A stretch of 63,475 bases of DNA, counting the filler, from Chiloscyllium plagiosum (Eukaryota): assembly GCF_004010195.1 (NCBI RefSeq). It is 4 parts of one record of this genome, joined end to end, with 100 filler letters (N's around TTAATTAATTAA, not from the genome) between each part and the next. Parts side by side here need not be neighbours in the genome. Positions count along the whole stretch, not along the records: positions 20,714 to 43,691 come from NC_057712.1; positions 43,792 to 60,751 come from NC_057712.1; 2 more parts are not named here. One strand, 5' to 3'. The notes under the pieces are model-generated. The model had not been told where the DNA came from. It did no database searches and saw only the letters and a program-made list of their open reading frames with translations. The position numbers were made by a program, and so were the translations under genes. Shown piece by piece: positions 38,221-51,435 of the stretch (the stretch's first letter is position 1; every line of letters begins with the position of its first letter).

Positions 38221-40069
38221 GGCTAGTACATAAAAAGTTGCCCATAAGTCAACACTAATCATGCACGATATATCAAAAGAGTTAACGAAATAGATATTAA
38301 GAAAGCTGAACTCAGTGAAGTATAGAACAGCCCAAATTCTGCTATCAGAAAACTGCTAGAGTCAACATTTAAGAACAATGTCACTGGACACATCAACCAT
38401 TTTCAATTGATCAGATACAGTCAGCATGAATTTGCAATAAGGTCATTGCTTATGAACCAGCGTATATACTGATGTAGTAAACAGGGTATTCGGTAATGCT
38501 GCTCATTACAGAAAAAAATTGGAAGCTTGTGTAATGAAAGGCAAAATAACTTGCTGAGAGAAGGGGCAGAAGACTTTGGATGATGCACAGATTAGTCAAA
38601 TAGGCAAAACGTTACCTGCAAGGATCTGGGAGTGTCTTAACTACTCCCTATATACATTAATCACTTCGATGAGGGGAGAAAACTATATATCCAAATTTGC
38701 CATTAAAACAAGAAGTGGCATTGGAAGAAAGAAAGTGCAGAATTAGAGAGATGCACAGATTCAGCGCATCTAAAGGTTGAGCAAGAAATAAATTTCATTT
38801 GTTACGCTTCCTTACATCAAAGGATTACTCTCAGTTGCAGTTTTAACAATCAACAATGCTCTCTAATTTTCTTCATACTGGGTAATAACTCAACTTTCAT
38901 TTGTTACATGCACAGTAGAAGTGGCATCCTGGTCCTTCACAAATGTTCGACATGCAGTTCAGCTGGTCTTCATGATTATAATGGTGCTGTAATGAGTGCA
39001 GATACCTTCGTGGAGGTTCCACTTGTGAGCTATTGATTGCTTCTTTACAGTTGAAGCTTGTGAAGCTATGTGGAATGATTAGAGTTTTAGTCCTGAATAT
39101 TTGCCAACAGCTCTCTACCACAGCTGCAAGTATTTTTCTAGTTGCATTCTATTGAAAAAGAATTCTATACTTTTTCATGCTTTTTGGCATCTGCAAAATT
39201 TCAATGGTGTTTAAAGGTGAAGGATATCGTGTGGCCTTTCAGGTCAGGTACAGAGTAGACTGAGAACATAGCCCATTCAATTGAGGAAAACAAAATACTG
39301 ATACATTTTTTGGTTTATTAGCAAAATGGAAACCCAGGGCTCTCAAAATCATGCATCTCCAAATCAAGTCACACACAAATTCACATTTGTAGAATTTCTG
39401 GTTGACCAATGCTAAGTGCACACTTTTCCCAAAGTATATAATCCAGGTGTCTAAATCTTGGAGTTGTGCACAAATTGATGAATTTAATATTCGCAATCCT
39501 CTAGTGTGCAGAGAAGAACTGTTGGAATTTCACCATCTCAAAAGACTGCAGTAATGATAAAGTTTTACCTTATCTGTTAATTCTTTTTAGTTTACTCAGT
39601 TACTTCAATGCAAGTCAGAAGAATCCAGGCACGCTGAAATGTTTAACACGTTTTAATTATTGCAGCCAACATCATCCCAAAACTTACCAAAGAGCATATT
39701 TACAGTTGGTCACTTGAAAATTAACAAGACATTGCTCGGTAGACTCCAGGTGATAGGAGGGCCTTCAAAGTCAGTGACACTTTGGATGCCTGAGTCTACA
39801 TTTACTAATACAGGATATACAGTTTCTGTTGGCTTCTCAACTATGTGAACAACTCCTATGATACAAGCTCAATTGTTACATTTACAGATGAATTTTCATT
39901 AACCCAGTTAAATTCCTTGATTTACTTAGCAATACAATTAATGCCACTGCTTGAAGGCCACCACTGATTCAAATCAAGAGTTTAACACAAGTAAAACTGA
40001 CGGATACTTAAATATAATGGAGTTGTTGTTTCAAATTTTTACTTTAAAATTGGTATAAAAGATTTAAAG

Positions 40070-40530
40070 TCAGAGTTGTACAGCAGGGAAACCTTCAGTT
40101 TCAACTCGTCCATGACGACCATTTATCCTAAGTTAATCTTGTCCCACTTGCCACCATTTCACCCATATCCCTGTAAATCCTTCCTATTCATATACCCATC
40201 CAGGTGCCTTTTAAATGTTGTAATTGTACCACCCTCCACCACTTCTTCTGGCTGCTCATTCCATGAATGAATCATCCTCTGCATGAAAACGTTGCCTCGT
40301 AGGCCGCTATTAAATCTTTCCCCTCTCATCTTAAACCTATGCCCTGTAATTTTAGAATCCCCTACCCTGAGAAAATGACTTTGGCTATTGACCCTATCCA
40401 TGCCCCTCATGATTTTATAAACCTCGACAAGGTCACCACTTAGCCTCCAAAATTACAGGGGAAAAATGTTCCAGCCGACTCAGACTCTTCCTATAGCTCA
40501 AACACTCCAACACTGGCAACATCCTTGTAA
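40070..40530 (-). mobile_element. CR1 (HER1-like) LINE 3' end
   Basis: MRGMDRVN...GHRFKMRGERF...WNEQPEEVVEGGTITTFKRHLDGYMNR. Confidence 0.85.
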
Positions 40531-41104
40531 AGTTGCAAAGATTGTTACAATCCAAGTATAAAAACTACACATGTTCAACCCACAATCAGCAGAAACATGG
40601 GTTAACTTGAGACCATTGCAATAACAAATGAAACATACTGCAAAACTTATTGCACTGTTGAAGAATTATTATAATATTGTTTTAAGTTCCCATTTAGATT
40701 ATGACACATTTTGCAAGATATAAAGAGGTCGTGAAGCAATGCATTTGAAAATTGTCTATACACAAAGATTCAATGACATTTTGGTGGACACGTACTAGCA
40801 ACAAGAGGATCTAATCAACAGAAAATGCTGGCGCATTCTGAAAGATGCCCAGAGAGCGTTAGCCAATAGCAATAAAAAGTGAGCTCAGCATCAGTTTTAA
40901 AAGAACTATAACCCAAAAGGACAGGGAAAATCTTGTCCTGGCACTTATGCCAAACAAACATAATTGTTTGGAATCAAGATAAATGCGAGATACTAACCTT
41001 TTTAGTCTTCCCTTTGCATCCAATTGTAGTACGTGTTAGTTCAGTTGTATACTTATTATGACCTGGAAAAGAACAACCTCACTTAATTCAGACCTGTATA
41101 GAAT

Positions 41105-41478
41105 CAAAGAATCCCTACAGTATGGAAACAGGCCCTTCGGCCCAACAAGTCCACACCACCCCTCCAAAGTATAACCCACCCAGACCCATTGCCTTACCAT
41201 ATTATCCGATATTTACCAGTGACTAATGCACCTAACCTATACATTTGTGAACATTATGGGCAATTTAGCATGGCCAATTCATGAAATTGCACACTTTTCG
41301 ATTGTGGGAGGAAACTAGACCACCTGGAGGGAACCCACGCAGACACGGGGAGAATGTGAAAACTCCACACAGACAGTTGCCCGAGGCAGGAATTGAACCC
41401 TAGTCCAGAATTGAAACAGAGTCCCTGGCGCTGTAAGGCAGCAGTGCTAACCACTGAGTCCCTGTGCCATCCCACCAC
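41105..41478 (-). mobile_element. V-SINE (HE1-like)
   Basis: Reverse complement of the family at 54408-54715. Confidence 0.85.
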
Positions 41479-41849
41479 GTCCAATATGCAGTTATAAAAG
41501 CAAATTTAAACGTATATGGAAACTATATTTCAGACAGATCAAATTGTGTTTTATTTGCACAAATTACCACACCATACAGGGATTATGAATGAAGCCAGGA
41601 ACTTTGAGGGTCAGGGCCATTTACACCTCTAAACAAAAGTAGATGTTTTCCAGTGTGGTAAAGAGGGTACAAAATACAGCTGGTAATGTGAAATAAAAAC
41701 AAAAATGCTAGAAATGTGCAGCAGATCTGGCAGCATCTGAATTGACCTTTGGCTATGAAAGTCATAGATTTGAAACATCAACTGCTTCTCTCTCCACTGA
41801 TGTTGTTAGATCAGTTGAGTACCTCCAGCTTTCTTTTTTTTTTAAATTA

Positions 41850-42071
41850 TAGGTAGTCCCCAGGTTCCAAACAGGTTCCATTCTGGTGTCCATTTGCAAG
41901 TAGAGATGTACACAACTTAGAACATAATGTAGGACAATATAAAGTACTTGTTTTTAAAGTAGAGGAAATTTTCTTATGTTGGATCTTTTAAAAAACTACA
42001 TCCTTGTATGGGACTGCATTGGCACATATGAATATTTATAAGTCTACATGTTCATAAATCAGTGACCCCTG
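41850..42071. mobile_element. Possible Tc1/mariner (Tigger-like) MITE remnant
   Basis: Imperfect terminal inverted repeats ta|taggtagtccccaggttccaaac ... gttcataaatcagtgacccctg|ta with TA flanks. Confidence 0.4.
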
Positions 42072-42653
42072 TACTGCAAAATGGTTAAAGTTCTTTCACA
42101 CATTGATAAAATGTTCTGTGACCTTTTTAAGTTCAAATCCATTCAAATTTCAATGCAAATTCAAAATTTATTGTTAAGATAGCCAATTTAATTTAGATGG
42201 AAAGGACCTTCAACAGCTTTATCAAAGATGAGTATATAACATCATTTCTTTACAAATAAATGATGGATTGGAATCCAGCGGACCATCTTATGCTAAGACC
42301 TACAAACATGAAATGCTGATTTCCACTTTAGGTTTCACAGATGCCCTGCGTCACTGTTAGATGTGTCAAGGTTACTTTGAATTTTTCAGGTTGAAGGATG
42401 TCCATAATAGAAGCAATGCGACAGTTCACAGAAAAGGACAGGAGAAGAAAGAAAACATACAGCAAACAGAGGAAAAGACATTCAGTCGAGTGGGGGAATA
42501 AAGTGGTGAAGGCAATTAGAAGAAATTGAGAGAGAATGAGGGTAGAAAAGGAAAACAAAAGGAGAAAGAATGTTGTAAAATAATTCCAATGCAGCTTTGG
42601 TGGTCTGTAGTATGTGAAGAGAAATACTGAATATAGGGTGGGTTGCAGGGGAC

Positions 42654-42701
42654 AGAGAGAGAGAGAGAGTGCGAGAGAGAGAGAGAGAGCGAGAGAGAGA
42701 G
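42654..42701. repeat. Imperfect (GA)n microsatellite
   Basis: Direct reading. Confidence 0.9.
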
Positions 42702-43082
42702 AAGAGCTTTGCAGCTAGCAAGTAGATTAAAGCAAATATACAGGCATAAAGATGAGTGGCACAGCACGAATCCAAGTCAAAGAGCAGCCACTTTATTTAT
42801 AGCGCCCTTAAAGAGGAGAACATCTCAAATCATTTCACAGGAGTATTATAAAGCAAATTTGACATCCATTCAAATAATGTAACATTAGGATAGTCTGCCA
42901 AAAGTTTGGGAAAAGAACAAAGGTTTTCACGTATGCTCAAGTGACCAGATTTAGAGGAGTTAAGTAACTCAGGGGTTCTGAGACTAGAGGAAATTACAGT
43001 GATTGGGCGAATGGGGAAAAGACCTGGGATACCAATATTAAGATGACAATTCTAAAAGGTAGACGCTGCTCACATGAAGTTA

Positions 43083-43691
43083 TGATTTGGAGATGCCGGT
43101 GTTGGACTGGGGTGTACAAAGTTAAAAATCTCACAACACCAGGTTATAGTCCAACAGGTTTAATTGGAAGCACACTAGCTTTAGGAGCGACGCTCCTTCA
43201 TCAGGTGATAGTGGAGGGCTCGAGTGTAACACAGAATTTATAGCAAAAATTTACAGTGTGATGTAACTGAAATTATACATTGAAAAATTGATTGTCTGTT
43301 AAGCCTTTCAACTGTTAGAACACAGTGATAGTTTCACTTCTTGCATGTGTAAATCACAAAACCATTTTTTTTAAAACTTGCATTCTCGAATTACCTGTTA
43401 ACAATGATGATAGCTAGACAATAGGTTGAAGGTGTTGGACCCGTGTTCTCTGTCAATGCCATGATGTTTAGATTGATTCTAATCTAAAAAGTGAGATAAC
43501 AGAGTTTTACATAAATTCATGCAGTTTTTGAGCTCAGAGTTCTACATGAATGCATGCAGCTTTTGAGCAAAGTACAATGTAACTCTGCAAATACAAATTC
43601 ACCCCACAAAATATATGTGTGCATGTGGGTCTTTGTCTGTCTGGGGTGGGGGTTGAGAGTGTGAGAAAGTGTGTGTGTGTGTGTGTGTAGT
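43083..43691 (-). mobile_element. PLE-type 3' end (third family) running into a (TG)n tract and the linker
   Basis: Shares its first ~125 bp with 17191-17315; its hammerhead copy has GAAA mutated to TAAA. Confidence 0.65.
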
Positions 43692-43791
43692 NNNNNNNNN
43701 NNNNNNNNNNNNNNNNNNNNNNNNNNNNNNNNNNNTTAATTAATTAANNNNNNNNNNNNNNNNNNNNNNNNNNNNNNNNNNNNNNNNNNNN
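43692..43791. other. Artificial contig-joining linker
   Basis: Same 100-bp N/TTAATTAATTAA/N structure. Confidence 0.97.
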
Positions 43792-44146
43792 GTAATCTGA
43801 ATTTGACTGGGACAACACTACCATTATAGGGCAAGCGAAACAAAGAACAGCCAGGGAATTCCTAGAAACATGGCACTCATCCACAAACTCCATCAACAAA
43901 CACATTTACCTGGACCCAATATACCGGCCACTACAGCGGACAGCTGAAACTGACAACCGGAAGCGGCAGGGACAGGCCACTATAAATGCCGGAGGAAACA
44001 CCACAGAAGCGCTTCACAGGAGGCTCCCAAGCACTGAGGATGTCACCTAGACAGGGGACGAAACGTTTGCAACAAAAACTACCAGCTCGGCGAACAGAAC
44101 CACAGCAACGAGCACCCGAGCTACAAATCTTCTCACAAACTTTGAA
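43792..44146 (+). mobile_element. Penelope-like 3' end (GIY-YIG C-terminus and pLTR)
   Basis: FDWDNTTIIGQAKQRTAREFLETWHSSTNSINKHIYLDPIYRPL, related to the 28.6-28.8 kb fragment; hammerhead motif at 44031-44070. Confidence 0.8.
44031..44070 (+). ncRNA. Minimal hammerhead ribozyme motif
   Basis: gca-CTGAGGA-t-gtcacct-agac-aggggac-GAAACGTT-tgc; helix I gca/tgc, palindromic AACGTT. Confidence 0.62.
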
Positions 44147-44735
44147 TTAGTCAGTGCATTAAGTATAGGAGTTGAGATGACAGGTTGCAGCTGTGTAGGA
44201 CATCAGTTAGGCCACTTTTAGAATACAATGTTCAATTCTGGTCTCCTTGCTACGGGAAATTTCCTGTTTAAATTAAAGGGTTCAGAAAAGATTTACAAGG
44301 ATGCTGCTGGTATTGGATGATTTAAGCTATAGGGAGAGTCTGGATAAGCTAAGCCTTTTTTCTCTGGAGGATCAGAGGCTGAGGGGTGACCTTAGAGGTT
44401 TTCAAAATCATGAGAGGCCTGGATAGGGTGAATAGCCAAGATCTTTTCCCCAGGGTAGGGGAGGCCAAAAGCAGTGGGCATAGATTTCAGGTGAGAGGGG
44501 AAAGATTTGAAAGGAACCTGAGAGACAATTTTCTCATGTAGAAGATGGTGCATGTGTGGAATGAGGTGGTGGAGGCTGTTGCAATTACAACATTTAAAAG
44601 GCATATGGATGGGTATATGAATAGGATGAATTTAGAGGGATATGGGCCAAATGCTGGCAATGGGACTAGATCTGTTTAGGATATCTGGTCAGCATGGATG
44701 AGTTGGACCGTGCTGTCTAACTCTTTGGCTCTATA
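44147..44735 (+). mobile_element. CR1 (HER1-like) LINE 3' end
   Basis: Same family as 40070-40530 and 50805-51435. Confidence 0.85.
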
Positions 44736-47304
44736 CTTATTGTTTAGCTGCAGTGCAATATGTAGTACATGCAGACATTCAAATCTCTCAGAGCATTGCA
44801 TTGCAATTTCTCATATCAGGATAATTCCGAAAACATTCCAGCTATTTGATATATTTCCCAAGTGATAATTCTTAATGCCTAAGCCTAGCATTTAGTGTCT
44901 CCGAACTGTTATTTCACAGTATCAGTTATGCTTCCATTGGTAGCACTCTTGGCTTTGAGACAAAAGGTTGAATGTTCAAGTCCCACTTAAGAGATTTGAA
45001 CACACAAATCTAGGCTGATGCTTTAGAGCTACAATGTGTGAATGCTGCACTGTCATTATGCCTAAAATGTTAAATCAACAATCCTTTAAAGTGGATGTAC
45101 AAAATCGTACGATACAAATTCAATGAAGATCAACTGCTCCTGATCAAAATTTATCTGTCAATCAAGCCTCTTAAAAGAGATATGACCATTATTACTGTAT
45201 ATGCTCAAGTAACGATTGATCCCATGTGAAAGCTGATCCCTCGCTTTTTAACAAAATATCCTAATCTTTCATTCACTATAATTTGTTAATCATTAAAACA
45301 GTACTTGTGAATACTGACTCCATCCAATGGTCAAAAGCTGGAAGCCAACAACACGACATGACCCAATGGCACATTGTTCCCTTCCCTTTCCTTTCTCCTG
45401 ATTGCCAATCACCATTGAAACCATAGCCGGTAGCACCACTTCCTCACCATGGTTTAGATCTGCTCATAAATATATGTGTAAATGTTGAAAATACTGATAA
45501 AGTATCCATTCCTCTCAGAGATGGCGTTCCTCCACTATCTTTTAGTTGAAAATGGGCCTCTTAAAAACATTTTCCACATGTAAGGTCCCACGGTTTTCTT
45601 GCCCAAAATGAGACTCAAATGTTCAAGTTTTTGTGCAAGTATAAACAGAACATTGTTGTCTATCAGAGCATGCTATGTACAAATTGAGTCAAGCATTTCC
45701 TTCATTTGCTAAATATTCTTTAGAAATGCTTTATTGACTGCAGATTGATTTGGGATAGCCTGAGGATTTGCAGGGTGTCAAATAAATACAAATCTTTTTT
45801 TCAAGGTAGTCCTCTAAGTAATATTGCAGCCTGATGTCATTGTTCTAACCTGTCTTGGTTACCTATCTCACTTTCCAACAGATGTTAAAACATATTCATA
45901 AGGACAAACAAAAGGGTTTTTTTCTCTCTTTTTTGCCAAGGCCAACTTTAGTTGTGTGCAGTCCTCAATGTTGAAATAAACAGGGCATTGGAGACATTAT
46001 ATCTGGAGTACCATGTACAGTTTTGGTTTCCTTACTTAATTAAAGGCATACTTACCCCATAGGCTGTACAACTAAGTTTCAATATAATTGTTTGTGGTGT
46101 GTTTTTTTTTCCTAATGAGGAGACACCTAGAAGACAATGCCTATAGTTTAGTAGAATGAGAATTGCTCTGATTGCAATATATAAAATTCATAAGGAAATT
46201 GACAGGATAGACAGTGAGAAAATTACTTCCACAAGTGAGGAATTGAGAGCACAGGGTTGGACCTTCAATATAAATAACCATCCATTTAGGATTGAGATGA
46301 GAAATTACTTCATTTGAAAGTTTGTGAATCTTTGGAATTCTCTTTTGAAAGTTATAAAGTCTAATTTTCTGAGTAGATTTGACTCAGAAATCAATAGAAA
46401 TTCAGGAATTGAGTCAGTTAAGGGATATGAGAATGATATTGAATAGTGGAGAGGGCTTGAAGGGTCAAATAGCCTACTCCTATGTTTCTTATGTTCTTGC
46501 TAAGATGAGCTAAGTAAGCACACTCAAATGTATGATCTTCAATCTCTGGTTCAGAACAGTACCAGAGAGAAATTTAACACATAGAATAGAATCTCACATT
46601 GCAATTCATTAAGTAAGTGAAATGACATCCCACTATTGTTAATGCAGGAGTTCAACATGCCACGGTAATATATGCATGGATACTTCAATATAATTCACAT
46701 TAACAAAAGACTAAACCATTGACTACCATCCTCTTAATATTGTGCACTTCATCTCAGACGTAAATCATGTTTTGTTGAATTAATGATAATGTCATAAAGA
46801 CTCTTGCTCCTTCACTTCTGACAGTCACTTAGAGCTTGTTTCATCTTGCCTGACTGCAGATTCTGCCTCTTCATTAACCTTAAGGGGCTGGATTTTGCAA
46901 ACGGCAACAAATGACATTCAATGGGCTTGTGGTTGAGAACTTAATGTAAATTTGAGAACCAAAAGTTTCAGCACTATATGCTGGGGATCAGGGATTTGCA
47001 TGGACAGGGCAAACCAGCTGTGTATCCCCTCAGTAAATCAGAATGAGCAATTGTTCATCAACAGTGAAATGTCTGAAATAGGAAGTGTCAGAATATTTAA
47101 TTTCATGTCAAGTTTGGTAGAAAAAACAGAAGAAAAACGAGGTTCAGTGAGGGAGACCAAATATGTTTGATCTGCACTGAGAGCTAAAATCTGAAGGAAT
47201 AAGTTACTTGTCAATGGTAGAGAATTTTGTTTGGCAATAATTAAGACCTATTCCATTGTTCAATTTTTGTTTACAAAGAACGATTCCAAACTATTTTTCT
47301 AAAG

Positions 47305-47325
47305 GTTCTGGTGCGGATGTATTAG
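47305..47325 (+). other. Candidate 21-nt phase 1-1 microexon (G-SGADVL-G) upstream of the CSMD1 exon at 52905
   Basis: tttttctaaag|GTTCTGGTGCGGATGTATTAG|gtgagt: consensus donor, length divisible by 3, open in the phase used by the flanking sushi exons. No homology support. Confidence 0.3.
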
Positions 47326-47379
47326 GTGAGTAGTTTATTGTCTCACTTCACCAACCAGTTCAATGCAGAACTGTCTTGT

Positions 47380-47710
47380 TTTTAATTCATTCATACGATA
47401 TGGATTTCAATGCCTGGACCAGTATTTATTGCCTATCTCTAATTGCCCAGAAGGCAGTTAGGAGTCAATCACATTGCTATGGGTCTGGAGTCCAATGTAG
47501 ACTAGGCCAGATAAGGATAGCAGTTTCCTTCCCTGAAGGACAGTGGTGAACCAGATGCGCTTTTACTGACAATTGACAATGGTTTCATGGGCATCATTAG
47601 ACTCTATTTCCAGATTGTTATTGAATTCAAATTCAACCATTTGCCATGACAGGAATCAACCCAGAACATTATCTGAGTCTTTGAGCTGATAATACCTCTA
47701 GGCCATTGCC
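47380..47710 (-). mobile_element. tRNA-derived SINE whose tail matches the LINE at 10215-11065; related copy at ~1325-1620
   Basis: Both copies share ccagataaggat.gcag.tttcctt..ctgaa and ttgaatt.aaattca.cca; tail ggcaataaatactggtcc on the minus strand. Confidence 0.65.
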
Positions 47711-49027
47711 CACCCTGAGATGCGCTTGCAACACACCTGGTACAAGAGCAGGACGCCTACAGCAACAGCTGAGCATGTGCAACCACTGGAAGGGGATGTC
47801 TAATTTATGCTTTAACAATGACGAAGATTTCTGTACTTACAGATCTCTCTACTGCAAACCAGGCAGCAAGTGATTAGCTAGGATCCTCCCGCAAGCAAAA
47901 TCTCAATGATTCCTCAGTCTAAAGCTTTCAGCTACCAAATGCACTTAAATAACAAACTGACTTAAAATTAGAGCACATGAATCATGTAAGAAATAACATT
48001 TAATGGATAAATTGCATCACTTAAAGAGATTTGCTTAAAGGAGAAAAATAATCAAAATAGCTGGATGAAAGTTAGTCAAGTCAAACCGTCTGTTATGATG
48101 AGCTTTGACCGAGAAGCAGTTCAGGAAGGACAATTTGTAATTTCTTTAAAATGTCTGTGGAAATGTAATTGATTTCAAGAATATTTGAAAATGATTAATT
48201 GAAAATTATTTTTCCAAAGAGTTTGCTTCATTTCTTTGCAAAGGAATCAGTTGTAATTTTCCTGAATAGTAAAATAAATGTTGGTCCATGTGACCTGATG
48301 GCTTCTGACGTGGAAGCAGCATCAACAGGAAGAAAGTTTAAAAATACAGTCACAAAGGAAAGCTACAAGAAGAATGCTAACAGGAGAACTGATAGAGGTT
48401 TCATAAATCATGAGTGGGTTAGATAGAATAAAAAGGGAGAAACTGTTCCTGCTCATATAAGGAACAAGAATGAGAAGGCAAAGCTTTAAAGTAATGTGCC
48501 AGAGAAGCATGGGTGATATGAGAAAAATCTTTTCACTCAGCGAGTCAGTGGGGTATGGAATGCACTGCCGAGAAGTGTGGTGGAGACTAATTCAAATGAG
48601 GTCATTAGATTATTATTGTTCAAAGGTATGGGAAAGAAATAGGAGATTGGAACTAACTCATGATACTCATTTACCCAGTTAGTGCACGCATGATGGGACA
48701 AATAGGCTCTTTCTGTGCGGTAACTCTTCTGTGATTTAGACCATCTGCTGCCTCCAGTCAGACCTGTTTTGCCAGCTTTTAAGTGTAAAACTTGTGTACT
48801 GATTAGACCTGTTCAGAGAACTTTAGAAATCTGTGGATTTGTTTGGATGGAGAGGTACAGTTCCCTATTGAATGTGGTCCCGGGGTTCCATGTGAGATTG
48901 TTAAATATAGGCAATGAGGGTAAAGAGAGCATAAGGAGAAAGTGAGGACTGCAGGTGCTGGAGATCAGAGCTGAAAAATGTGTTGCTGGAAAAGCACAGC
49001 AGGTCAGGCAGCATCCAAGGAGCACGA

Positions 49028-49064
49028 GAATCGACGTTTCGGGCATAAGCCCTTCTTCAGGAAT
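49028..49064 (-). ncRNA. Minimal hammerhead ribozyme motif
   Basis: Minus strand attc-CTGAAGA-a-gggc-ttat-gccc-GAAACGTC-gatt; GUC triplet; helix I weak. Confidence 0.6.
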
Positions 49065-49184
49065 GAGGAAGGTGTGCCAAGTAGGTTAAGATAAAAGGTA
49101 GGGAGGAGGGACTTGGGGGAGGGGCGTTGGGAATGTGATAGGTGGAAGGAAGTTAAGGTGAGGGTGATAGGCCGGAGAGAGGGT

Positions 49185-49528
49185 NNNNNNNNNNNNNNNN
49201 NNNNNNNNNNNNNNNNNNNNNNNNNNNNNNNNNNNNNNNNNNNNNNNNNNNNNNNNNNNNNNNNNNNNNNNNNNNNNNNNNNNNNNNNNNNNNNNNNNNN
49301 NNNNNNNNNNNNNNNNNNNNNNNNNNNNNNNNNNNNNNNNNNNNNNNNNNNNNNNNNNNNNNNNNNNNNNNNNNNNNNNNNNNNNNNNNNNNNNNNNNNN
49401 NNNNNNNNNNNNNNNNNNNNNNNNNNNNNNNNNNNNNNNNNNNNNNNNNNNNNNNNNNNNNNNNNNNNNNNNNNNNNNNNNNNNNNNNNNNNNNNNNNNN
49501 NNNNNNNNNNNNNNNNNNNNNNNNNNNN
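49185..49528. other. Sized assembly gap inside a Penelope-like element
   Basis: 344 N without a linker; both flanks belong to the same element. Confidence 0.95.
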
Positions 49529-50804
49529 GGAGGGAGTGGTCTTTCTGGAACGCTAATAGGGGAAGGGAGGGAAATATATCCCTAGTGATGGGGTCTGTTT
49601 GGAGGTGGCGGAAATCACGACGGATGATACGATGTATCTGGAGGTTGGTGGGGCGGTAGGTGAGGACCAGTGGGGTTCTGTCCTGGTGGTGATTGGAGGG
49701 GCGGGGTTCAAGGGCGGAGGAGCAGGAAGTGGAGGAGATGCGGTGGAGAGCATCGTCAACCATGTCTGAGGGGAAATTGCGGTCTTTGAAGAAGGAGGCC
49801 ATCTGGGTTGTTCGGTATTGGAATTGGTCCGCCTGGGAGCAGATGCGGCAGAGGCGAAGGAATTGGGAATATGGGATGGCGTTTTTATAGGGAGCAGGGT
49901 GGGAGGAGGTGTAATCTAGGTAGCTGTGGGAGTCGGTCGGTTTATAGTAAATGTCCGTGTTGAGTTGGTCACCCGAGATAGAAATGGAGAGGTCTAGGAA
50001 GGGGAGGGAGGAGTCTGAGACGGTTCAGGTAAATTTGAGGTCGGGGTGGAAGGTGTTAATAACGTGGATGAACTGTTCAACCTCCTCGTGGGAGCACGAG
50101 GTAGCGCCGATACAGTCATCGATGTAGCAGAGGAAAAGGTGGGAGGTGTTGCCAGTGTAGCTGCGGAAGATGGACTGTTCCACAATATCCGATGAAGAGG
50201 CAGGCATAGCTGGGGCCCATGCGGGTGCCCATGGTTTGGAGGAAGTGGGAGGATTGGAAAGAGAAGTTGTTCAGAGTGAGAACCAGTTCAGTCAGTCGAA
50301 GGAGGGTGTCACTGGAAGGGTACTAGTTGGTACGGCGGGAAAGGAAGAAGCAGAGGGCTTTGAGACCTTCGTGATGGGGAATGGAGGCGTATAGGGACTG
50401 GATGTCCATGGTGAAGATAAGGCGTTGGGGACCGGGGAAGCGAAAATCATGGAGGAGGTGGAGGTGTGAGAAATGGAGGCTCTTTAATGTTGGGCATAGT
50501 CCCAGATCCCCAAGATAGATTCATGTCTCTCCATTTGGAAAACATAGGCAGAGGGATTTGTAGTTGGGAAGTAGGGGGATTGATGCCTGACACGTGTAAT
50601 TCCAGTCAATGGCCTCTTAAGTTCCTTGAGGAACTTGCTGGTTGGGCTGATTGACACTTTCACTTGAATAAAATAACAGTCTGATTCATGTTCGTGCTCA
50701 GCTTTCAGGAGTAATGTAATGAGCCTTGTGTGACACGATTGATGAATGAAAATAGTGTAAAACTGGTGTTTAAATGGATTGATTCAAACATCTTTTGATT
50801 GACC

Positions 50805-51435
50805 ATTTGGTCAGGTGTATGCTCATTGATGAAGAAGGTGTTTGACATGTTTGCCTTCTTTGGTCAGTGCGTTGATTATAGGAGTTGGGAGTTGGCTTCT
50901 TTTAGAATACTGCATTCAATTCTGTTCTCCCTGCTATAGGAAAGATGTTGTTGAACTTGAAAGGGTTCAGAAAAGATTTACAAGGATGTTGCTGGGATTG
51001 GAGAGTTTGAGCTCGAAGGAGAGTCTGAATAGCCTGGGGCTTTTGTCCCTGCAGCATCAGAGGCTGAAGGGTGACTTTACAGAGGTTTATAAAATCATGA
51101 GGAGCAAGGATAGGGTGAATCGTCAAAGTCTTATTCCTTGTCCAAAACTAGAGGGCCTATGTTTTTGGTGAGAGGGGAAAGATTTGAAAGGGACTAGTGG
51201 GGTAACTTTATTATGTAGAGGGTGTTGCATGTATGGAGCAAGCTTCCAGAGGAATTGGTGGAAGCAGGTACACTTGCAACATTTTAAAGGCATCTGGATA
51301 AGTATATGAATAGAAAGAGTTTAGAAGGATATGGGCCAAATGCTGGCTAATTGGACTACATCAGGAGAGGATATCTGGTTGGCATGGACGAATTGGACCG
51401 AAAGGTTTGTTTCGTGCTGTATGATTCCATGACTC
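50805..51435 (+). mobile_element. CR1 (HER1-like) LINE 3' end
   Basis: LEYCIQFCSPCYRKDVVELERVQKRFTRML...LKGDFTEVYKIM. Confidence 0.85.

Larger units (their letters stand above)
48932..50465 (-). mobile_element. Penelope-like element: RT region and 3' pseudo-LTR, 5' truncated
   Basis: Minus-strand MGTRMGPSYACLF, FLCYIDDCIG, LPFLDLSI, YKPTDSHSYLDY, SQFLRLCRICS. 3' repeat with a hammerhead motif at ~49028-49064. Confidence 0.88.

Noticed and set aside
38897..39160. Minus-strand ORF as an MCPH1 exon or retroviral remnant
   Set aside because: No recognisable BRCT or pol motifs and no convincing splice sites.
3881..43691. ANGPT2 exon 2 (LENYIQ...QNQTA-like)
   Set aside because: Not found by eye in contig 1 or 2; a TBLASTN search is needed to exclude it.
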